A DNA stretch of 64,000 bases, taken from positions 310,001 to 374,000 of the forward strand of contig LSRY02000002.1 of assembly GCA_001643675.2 (NCBI GenBank), written 5' to 3'. This document shows, in pieces, positions 54,201 to 61,903 of the stretch (positions are counted from its first letter, which is position 1; every line of letters begins with the position of its first letter). Both the position numbers and the translations under genes were made by a program. The notes under the pieces are model-generated. The model had not been told where the DNA came from and did not search any database. It was given only the letters and a program-made list of their open reading frames with translations. The DNA is from Monocercomonoides exilis PA203 (Eukaryota; Protista; Preaxostyla).

Positions 54201-57200
54201 TTTATCTCATCCGAAGGATTTGACGTTGCAAGATGTGGAAGTGAGGAGGAGCCATGCTTCACAATGTGGAAAGGGATGGAAAATATGAAAAAGGAGATTG
54301 GAAAGAAAACAATTCAGATTGAAGGATCAACAATTATTCAAGATTCATTCAACATGTCCAATTATCAGATCAAAAAAAGTGTAAAGATGGGAGAAGAAGA
54401 GGTGAAAGCAATGTTGAATTTTGAAAAGGCGATTGGAAGTCAACTGGAATATTTCATGGGAAATGATATTCATCTTGAATTGATAAATATCCAATTTCAA
54501 CTAGCATCGGGATTTGACAACTCGGCCAAAACAATTATTTCAAATATAAATGGAGATCTTGTGATAAGTGGATGTGCATTCCATTCAGAAGCAGGAGTTA
54601 ATAATGGATTTGATTGTGCGTTTGTGGATGCGATCGGAGGAAGTGTGGAAGTGAGCGATTTGTCGATGGAATCGTGCAATGTTGGAAGCAGTATTTTTGT
54701 CATTCGCGATTCTGGAGTTGTTTGCCATTTGATGAATGTTCGAGTGGAATCATTGAATGAAAGTGGAGGATGCATTTTGTCAATCAAGAAATCTGAGCCA
54801 GGATCAAAATTGAAAAACAAAAATGAGAAAATAAATCTTCAAATTGAGAAATCATCATTTTCAGGAGTGAAGAGGAGCGACAATGGAGCGAGCATTTTGG
54901 AATCTGCGAGTGAGAATAAGATTTATTTGGTTGTGAATGAGAGCAACATCGCAGAAGACAAAGCAGAAACAAGTGAAAAAGGAGGAGCAATATTCTTTAT
55001 GTTGGGTGCATCTGGATCAATGAAGATGATTGACTCAACAATCAGTCATTGTTGCTGCAGCAACAGCACGGGAAGAGGAGGAGGAGTGTATCTTGCAACA
55101 AAAGAAAGAGGGGAATTGAATTTCACATTTATGGGAATGAAATTCAGTGCAAATACAGCAAGCGTGGGGAATGACATTTTCATCGAATGTAATAACATCA
55201 CATCGCAGATCAATGAAAGCCAATTTCAGTTTGATCTCCGAGAAGGTCATTATTCGAGAATAAATGCGATATATGGAAGAGATGAATGTGATTATCAAAG
55301 TGATTCAGATCTGATTGAGTTTGTGACTATTCATCAGAGTGACACGATCATTGTGAGCAGTGCGGTTGGATCGAATGACAGACAATGTGGAACAATCACA
55401 CTTCCATGTGCTTCAATTGATCATGGTCTGATGCATTTGACCTCAGATATTCTGAGTCTGATATTTGTTGTTGAAGAGAGTGTGATTGGAGGAGAGATAA
55501 ATCTGGAGGAGATGAGTTTGAGCTCGAAGAGCAGAGATTTGTGTGAAGTTGAAGTGAAATCAAGCATTGGAAAAACAAGAGGGGAATTGATAACAACAAC
55601 AGGAACAGTCTCGTTGGTGAGAGTGAACTTTGTGTTTGATTCGAATTTCATTTCTCAACATGAATCACTGATATCACCAGATGGAGGGATTCTTGAAATT
55701 GAAAATTGCTCATTCACAACAAAACAATCTGATGAAGAAGGAAATGCAGAATTTGCAAACATTCCATTTCACATTATAAAAATGGGAAAAGGAGAATTAC
55801 AACTTGATGGATGCACAATATCAAATCTCATTCTTCAAAAATCTTCAATGAATCTATCATCATCACTTCCATCAGTTATTGATTCATTTACAATATCCAA
55901 TTCAACAATTAAAACTTCTCTGATAGATATAAATGAATGTGGACAATTAGCAATTAAGGATTTCAATACAGAAAATATCACAGTTGAAGGAAATGATGAA
56001 TCATTGATATCTTGCTTGTCAATGAAAAAGGCAATTCAATTGACAAATTGCACAATGGGTGGAGTCTGTTCAAAGACTATAAAAGGGAAATTGATGAAAC
56101 TGGAAAATTGTTTCGATGTGAAAATTGACAGCTGCGTTTTTGATGGAAGTTCAATTGAAAGAAATAGGCAGAATTTGAATGAAGAAGAAGAGATGTGCAA
56201 ATGGGATGGATCTCTTGTGGATGTTGTGAAGAGTTTTGTGATGATGAAAGATTCAACATTATCAAATTCACCAGAATTTGGAATAACAATGAGTGGAGGA
56301 AATGTGATAATTGAAGCAGGGAATTTCTCAAATAACAATCCATCTATTGAAAGATATCCATCACTGAGAAGAAACATCATCTGTTCAGACTCAGGAACAT
56401 TGAATGTGATGAGTTTGAAGGGAGGAGATGGATTGGAAAGAAACACCTCACTTTGGATGTTGAATGAAGGGTGCAGTTTTGAAGGGATTGTTTCTGAGAG
56501 GGATTCATCATTTTTCATTCCTGTTCTGGAGAGTGTGGAAGCAAAAGAAGAGACAGATAGAATGAAATTGACATTCAAAGGGATACTTCTTGTTCCATGC
56601 AATCTGTCATTTTCAGTTGTGAAGAAGAAAGGAGAAGAGAAAGAGATTGAACATTATGATTTTGATTCAAATGGATTCTTATCGGAAAGAGAAGTTGAAG
56701 GAAGTGTGGGAAAAGATCTTATCAGCAACTGCGGGGACGAGACAGAAGTGAGTGTATGCATTCTGTTTGGAGATATCAATAATCCATCTTCAACTGATTC
56801 TTTCATTCTGAAAAACAGAAGTGAGCCCAAAACAAATGGAGATGCGAGGATTGCTGAAGGAGGAAAAGAAGGAAAATCGATTTGGCCAATCATTGTTGTA
56901 ATATTGGCTATGATGTTTCTAATTGTTCTTATCGTATCAATAATATTGGCGGTTCGATGGAGAAGGGCAAAGAATGAGAATAAAGATCTGAGAGAGATTG
57001 TGAACGATACAGTGAAAAAGGATCCGAAGTTGATTGAGATGGTGACGATGGAGATGTCTCCAGAGGCACAATGGAGGAGAGCAGAGAGGGAGGCAGAGAA
57101 GAAAAACGAGGAAAGAATCAAGAAGAGAGTTTATGAGAAAAGCCTGGGACACTCCGAGTCAGAAGAGCATTTATTGTCTGAATGTGGATCGACAGAATAT

Positions 57201-58226
57201 ATTCTGGGGAAAGATTCAGACAAGATCCCAGAATGGATGTTGGAAAAATTGGAAGATGAAGAAGAAGATATTTCGAGAAAGCGAACTCCCTCACCATCCA
57301 TTTCATCCACTTCAACAACTGATTCAGATTCCACATTTGTTCGAGGGGAGGATCTGTGCCCAACAACCTCATCGATGTCGAATCTTGTGGATGCAATGGC
57401 CTGTTCATCCCCTCATGAAAAGCTGATTGTGGACTTGAGAGATTCATTGTTCATGCTTCTTCATGGAAAGAACAAGACAAAGGAGATGGCGATTGGCTCC
57501 TTGAAGGAGAGGGAGCAAACAGCTGCTCAGATCCTATTCTGGGTAGCTAATCTTGCGCTCCACTCCTTTGATGAAATGGAAAATCCACTTCAATCATTAT
57601 CCAATTTGAGTCCCCACATTGTATTATTCTCTGAGCACATGGTGATCTGCATTGTGATGCACTCTGACTTCTCATCTGATTCAGATTCATCGTCTATCTC
57701 TTCATCAACAGTTGTGACATCTGCAAGTGATGATAATGATGATGATGATGACTCTCTGCCTTCATCAGCGTTTGAGGATGAGGATGATTTCAGGAAGGAG
57801 TGCTTGAGGTGGAAGGCGCCAGAGCTGCTGGTGAACAAGAAGATGGAGGCAACAAAGAGCTCAGTTGTGTTTTCGATTGGGATGATGCTGTGGGAGATCC
57901 TGACGCTGGAGATTCCGTTTGGGGAGTATGAGGCAGCGATTGCAGGAGACAAGAATGTTCGTGGGGAGAGGCCGAGGATGGGAGATGAGCAGTCGAGTCT
58001 TGAAGAGGTGGTGAAGGAATGCCTGTCAGCTGAGCCATCAGAAAGACCATCGCTGCAAAATCTGAAGAGAGAGTTTATTCAGCATTTTCCAGCAGGTTCT
58101 GCAATGATAACGATGCCAGATGCGATCGATGTGACGTGCATGAGATCGAGTCAATATACGATCAACAAAAGCGGAAGAATCATCATTTTGGAAACAAAGA
58201 GTGAATGTGAAAATATTGAAGAATGA
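51291..58226 (+). CDS. Second single-exon receptor-like protein: signal peptide, Cys/Gly-rich beta-helix tip, 3 stalk modules, TM helix, degenerate kinase C-lobe; ~2,311 aa
   Basis: ORF 51255-58226 with first ATG at 51291 (MVFVLSGIFYCVWIISVES). GGGIM/GGGMY/GGGLY...C.F..C repeats. TM IWPIIVVILAMMFLIVLIVSIILAV-RWRR at ~56880-56966. LRWKAPE, VVFSIGMMLWEILTLEIPF and CLSAEPSERPS. Confidence 0.88.
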   Translation: MVFVLSGIFYCVWIISVESMCKGATSDGAGFREESANEGELDYPKGTWREKAQNNKHRDDHLFDAYVEGKEVEVRETWKEEKMMKKFIKQWNEGGGEIGKVQKRGFCDEWKMWGKEGARGGSGVEGSVVAVNSSMQLNSLGLMEIGGESVLRASDGSFVEVSGCVVGVERETSPFDFCGSCGLLNNISLRSSSTLTEQIFPSLFSSKAMEGEISEKCHVSVCSSQFSSFCVSSAPFLSSPSMPLVSLSKLTFFNISTNPSKTSHMAEGLDQSAFLMSGCSFSSVWDVYDGGIVPSLNSPSSSLAASNTSFVRCYRSQNVAISGSEGNPSKPARQNQTDNGANSFTWCEWNGSNTTGTSDSDTDGISSGGSICIHDLPSGSLSVKFCSFNDCYAFYAGGGIMCHEISSIKIENNSFNACTAKNYRGGGMYAYSIASCVRISGCEFKKCTANGYGGGLYLEYFQVSNPDCIGTESGKGESACVFECSFASCSIAFDCGGGMYCQDVPAVFKMRNIQFISCNASSTGGGLSFNPSQSTAPSNNIYCYFFFFHDCRCTTTSTPYGHDVFFQDNSNLFSSSNPFHESFSTKSDDYRVCYEYYSDGWKYQHKEKKWWLMDKFLDRFVGASGDDLNEKCGENEILPCKTIGHAVEASMLGLSSTITVLVGMHVSEVSTISIGEKKISIIGRGKTASVIGTNSLSPSSTTLFSISSGQLEVGHLGIDHNAARSSSPSVFVVSVGSGSLSLEDVLISGTTGGSSISASVFEVELRQLKMADVEIKNLKMSQPLFAEPPSSGSSSGESVLANVTIRNVNRTTGDGVVMEKSVNAGETFVVWNTTMEGCECVNGNGGGMKIELEGISSKARIGDSTSHSGGTTAIYQCKSSGNGGGMMLSLAGSDAKFELIDTLVFDGNEAEYGKNMFVSANDLNASITNDSFKFNYSSMIDDKTLFVGSDNIHSNKDLFMFLVPYSSIEIFISSEGFDVARCGSEEEPCFTMWKGMENMKKEIGKKTIQIEGSTIIQDSFNMSNYQIKKSVKMGEEEVKAMLNFEKAIGSQLEYFMGNDIHLELINIQFQLASGFDNSAKTIISNINGDLVISGCAFHSEAGVNNGFDCAFVDAIGGSVEVSDLSMESCNVGSSIFVIRDSGVVCHLMNVRVESLNESGGCILSIKKSEPGSKLKNKNEKINLQIEKSSFSGVKRSDNGASILESASENKIYLVVNESNIAEDKAETSEKGGAIFFMLGASGSMKMIDSTISHCCCSNSTGRGGGVYLATKERGELNFTFMGMKFSANTASVGNDIFIECNNITSQINESQFQFDLREGHYSRINAIYGRDECDYQSDSDLIEFVTIHQSDTIIVSSAVGSNDRQCGTITLPCASIDHGLMHLTSDILSLIFVVEESVIGGEINLEEMSLSSKSRDLCEVEVKSSIGKTRGELITTTGTVSLVRVNFVFDSNFISQHESLISPDGGILEIENCSFTTKQSDEEGNAEFANIPFHIIKMGKGELQLDGCTISNLILQKSSMNLSSSLPSVIDSFTISNSTIKTSLIDINECGQLAIKDFNTENITVEGNDESLISCLSMKKAIQLTNCTMGGVCSKTIKGKLMKLENCFDVKIDSCVFDGSSIERNRQNLNEEEEMCKWDGSLVDVVKSFVMMKDSTLSNSPEFGITMSGGNVIIEAGNFSNNNPSIERYPSLRRNIICSDSGTLNVMSLKGGDGLERNTSLWMLNEGCSFEGIVSERDSSFFIPVLESVEAKEETDRMKLTFKGILLVPCNLSFSVVKKKGEEKEIEHYDFDSNGFLSEREVEGSVGKDLISNCGDETEVSVCILFGDINNPSSTDSFILKNRSEPKTNGDARIAEGGKEGKSIWPIIVVILAMMFLIVLIVSIILAVRWRRAKNENKDLREIVNDTVKKDPKLIEMVTMEMSPEAQWRRAEREAEKKNEERIKKRVYEKSLGHSESEEHLLSECGSTEYILGKDSDKIPEWMLEKLEDEEEDISRKRTPSPSISSTSTTDSDSTFVRGEDLCPTTSSMSNLVDAMACSSPHEKLIVDLRDSLFMLLHGKNKTKEMAIGSLKEREQTAAQILFWVANLALHSFDEMENPLQSLSNLSPHIVLFSEHMVICIVMHSDFSSDSDSSSISSSTVVTSASDDNDDDDDSLPSSAFEDEDDFRKECLRWKAPELLVNKKMEATKSSVVFSIGMMLWEILTLEIPFGEYEAAIAGDKNVRGERPRMGDEQSSLEEVVKECLSAEPSERPSLQNLKREFIQHFPAGSAMITMPDAIDVTCMRSSQYTINKSGRIIILETKSECENIEE

Positions 58227-59057
58227 TTTATGACTTTGAATTGATGAATGAAATGAGAAAGGTGAATGAAAAGATTTTTTGTGAAAAAGTTTGTTGAAGA
58301 GAGATTATTTGAAAGAAGTCTGGAAATCATTGTTTTTGCGTTTCATTTTATTTTTGATATTGTTAAATTATAAGTTTATTTCATTTTTCGCACACACTCA
58401 CCACCTGCTTGTAATTTGTTTGTATAATTTCACTGAATTCAGACACACACCAAAACAACTGTTTTTATTTGTCTTTTTTTTTCTATTTTCAAGTTTTTGT
58501 GATTGTATTTCCCTTTTTGATTGTTTGTTTCATTTGATTGATTTTTATACATGAGTGGTTATTTCCTGTTGTTTCATATTTATTCTTTTGATTGATTTTC
58601 CAACACCTTTTCGAATGTTTTAATAAATGGAGTTTTTGTTGAATTACCATTCTTATTTTTCGATGTTAATCCGATATGTATTTGCATACATCTTCTTGTG
58701 TAAATCAAACTATTTTCGTTATTTATTAATCAAATTTTCTATCTTTTTTATTCGTTTTTAATCGATAAAGTGTTTTTCAGCACACAACACAACACAGTTT
58801 GAAAAATCATGTTAAATGGAGAAACATATAAACACTATCAAATTTTTTTTTGACAACTTGAATCAAATGATTAAATCTCTGTGACATGACAAGTTATATA
58901 ATCATTTATCTGTTTCAATATAAAAAATATATTAAGTTGAATAACATTGATATGAACAGGAAAAATATCTTAATTGAAAATTTTTTAAACCAAACAATTG
59001 TGAACTCTTCCAAAGTGCTTAAAAAAGTCTTTGAAAAAGATTTGTTGAAAGCATCTA

Positions 59058-59775
59058 AAACATGTGTGATTATTTTTGAGACCATATTTTTTCTTTCAAA
59101 AACTTATATGTGAATGTTCGAATAGAGGGTTTGTTTGTGAGCACAGAAAAGTGATAACTCCAATTAAAATTGTTACTGTTTTTCTTTTATATCAAACACA
59201 GTTTTTTGACACAATATAAATGAAATCCACATTACAAAGAAAGTTTGAAAAAATTTTCTTTTGATTTTCATAACAATCAACACTCCGAAAAAAAGTTATG
59301 ATTTCAAAAATAAACTCACATTTCAATCATAACCCCTTTTGTCAATAACGGTCAATAAAAAAATGGACAAAAAATTCCCAAACAGACATTTCCAGTCAAT
59401 AAAATTAATAATTTTTGGAGCTAGATCGTCAAAAATGTAAATTTGATATTTAATAAATATCTTGAATAGTACAACGTAGATTCATTAATAATGTGTTTGC
59501 TTCATCAATAATTGATAAAACGTCGAATAATGTCAATTTTTGACATATTGATAAAATTTTTTCAGCAATTTTTTCTTTGTTTCAATTTTCTCTTGTTTCA
59601 TCACAAAAACCCAAATGATTTTTTCTTTTCATTTCTTTTTGTTCATTTCGATTAATCCAATTTCATTTTTTTCTGTCATTCTAATTTTGAAAGACATGTG
59701 TGATTATTTTTGAAATCATAGCTTTTTTCTGGGTGTTTATTTTTCAAATATCGATTGTCTTTGGGGAAAACTTTT
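59058..59775. repeat. Three copies of a ~40-50-bp motif in alternating orientation (degenerate foldback-like region)
   Basis: CATGTGTGATTATTTTTGA(G/A)A.CATA..TTTTT at ~59061 and ~59695. Reverse-complement copy AACACTCCGAAAAAAAGTTATGATTTCAAAAATAAACTCACAT at ~59279-59321. Confidence 0.6.
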
Positions 59776-60185
59776 GAATTCAAATGCTTTTATATATCAC
59801 AAATGTTTAAAGAATTAGTGAATCAGCTGTAATAAAGATTTTTATTTTTTTTATTGAGCCTTTTAACTCTTCAATGATCATTTATTATTACAAAAATGAA
59901 TTTTTGAACAGAAATTATTTATTGAAGAATAATATTTTCAAGGCATACTGCAAATAAAAGCACATCAGTTATTTTTCACAATTTAATCATTCAAAGAAAA
60001 AATCGAAGTTATTTAAGTTAATTATCATCCCTTTGTTATGAAAGCATGAAAAATTTTCAAAAAAACTTTAATTTGAGTAAGAAAATTTTAAAAACAAATA
60101 ATATAAATCATTTGATCACTTTGATCTGAAATTTTCAAAATAAAAATTCTCTCGAAATAAGACTTTTCTGGATAAAAAAAAAGTA

Positions 60186-60636
60186 CAGTTAATACCGGAT
60201 ATAATCACGTCGAATACAATCACATTCGTTTATAGTCACAATTTTCAATGCACCGACATTTTTTGCTTATTTTTCATTCATTTTTCATCGCATATAATCA
60301 CAGGGCTGAAAATATATAATCACATTTTTTATTACTATGGGTGATTTTTTCAATGAAAAATCTGTTTTTTGATTAAAATTTTCAATTTTTCGCATTTTTA
60401 AAGATGTGCTCAAATAAGTCAAAATAATGTGTATTTATTATCAAAATTGTTCAAGCTAGTGAAAAAAGTGTATTTGTGCGGAATTTCCAAAAATAAAAAA
60501 ATCGACCCAAAATTAATTATTTCAAAAATTAATTATTATTTTTTTTCTGTGAAAAGCATCATCGTGTATAATCACAATCGGATATAGTCACAAAAAGTTG
60601 TGCAAAACCCCATGTGATTATATCCGGTTTGGACTG
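60186..60636. mobile_element. 451-bp non-autonomous Tc1/mariner-superfamily (pogo/Tigger-like) MITE
   Basis: TIRs CAGTTAATACCGGATATAATCAC and reverse complement CAGTCCAAACCGGATATAATCAC. TA on both flanks (60184-60185, 60637-60638). Internal repeats of TATA(A/G)TCAC; no ORF. Confidence 0.88.
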
Positions 60637-60958
60637 TATTATTGCAAAGACATCTAACATTTGCATGCATATGTTTCGAAAAAGAGACAAAATTTGAGGA
60701 TAATAAATTGAGGGTGTTTGTTGTACTCTAATCATTTTCTAATATTTTCACTTTTAAAAAACTTCATCGTCAATTTATCCATTTTATTTCAGACACATAA
60801 ACTATCCTCAATAAAACTGAAAACTTAAAGAACACAATAATAATAATTAATGAATATTTTTAGGTTTCATTAATGTCCTTCAAGTTTCATTATGCCAAAA
60901 ACTTTTACAAACAATGAAAAAAATAAGCAGAAACCTCAAAAACATTTTTATATCCTAT

Positions 60959-61140
60959 TTTCTGAGAATTTTCATTTGATGATATTATTATTATTTTTTA
61001 TTCCATTTATTCCTTTTTATTTTAACATTGTTCATTCATTCACGTTATTCTTTCATGTTTGTTCGAGCAAAATAATCTCACCATGTTTCTGTGTTTGTGC
61101 ACATTTATTCCCTTTTCCATCTTTTGTATTCATTTTTTGA
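60959..61140 (+). repeat. Dispersed ~180-bp repeat, copy 2
   Basis: Diverged direct copy of 47641-47820, sharing an exact TTTGTGCACATTTATTCCCTTTTCCATCT core. Confidence 0.85.
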
Positions 61141-61903
61141 AGTTATTGTGGTTTATTGAGCTGAATGCGAGCATCAAAATAATGAATTTCAACATTTATT
61201 TGAAAATACTCTTGCACAACTGTCACGATGAATTGTTAAAAATTTTATTTTTTTAATATTTTCATGCTTAATTATTTTTTCAAGAGTAAATTAGTTTCAA
61301 TTTTGCTTTCTTTCACATCAACACCATCGTTTATAATAATTATTTTTGTGCAAAGGCATTAAATTAAACAATATTTGAATTTTTCTCAAGCATGTAATTT
61401 GGGAAGGTAAATTTAGACTGTACCTTTTCTTTTTATTATTAAACATTCATTAATCAATATCCATTAAATGCTTGAGATAAACTTTGAGTATTAGAATTAT
61501 CATGTTCAACATTTAGAATCTTTTATTATCAATTACGTTTATTTTAAAAGAAAAGTTCAATTCGAAATACACTCATTCAATTTCAGCAAAATACGAATGC
61601 TGCAAAACAAATACAGAAAGCAAGTTCATTCAAGACGTCAGCTCAGAAGCTAGTTCTCGAGGAAAACAAACATCCTCAAAAAGTTCAAGACTGTATAAAA
61701 AATTTTTTTTTCGGGAGAATTTGCTTTAGACTAGTAATTGCAATATTTGCATGAATCATGATTGATGCAAATCAGTTTATTGATCGTAATGGAATCCTTA
61801 AAAATGAAAATGAAATCACATTATGGTTTCTTTTCATCTCTTAGATTCAAAATAAAAATGTGAAAACACTCAAACAATATTCAAAATAACACATTTAGAG
61901 CTT

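Noticed and set aside
35500-58226. Bacterial autotransporter contamination or recent HGT
   Set aside because: No C-terminal beta-barrel; single TM plus eukaryotic kinase motifs; contiguous with intron-containing genes. An ancient bacterial origin of the fold is not excluded.
60186-60636. Spaced short repeats as a CRISPR or iteron array
   Set aside because: Repeats are ~10 bp, irregularly spaced and enclosed by TA-flanked TIRs in eukaryotic DNA; no cas genes.
61560-61800. Additional 3' exon of the terminal gene
   Set aside because: Candidate acceptors lead to early stops in all frames tried; unresolved without transcripts.
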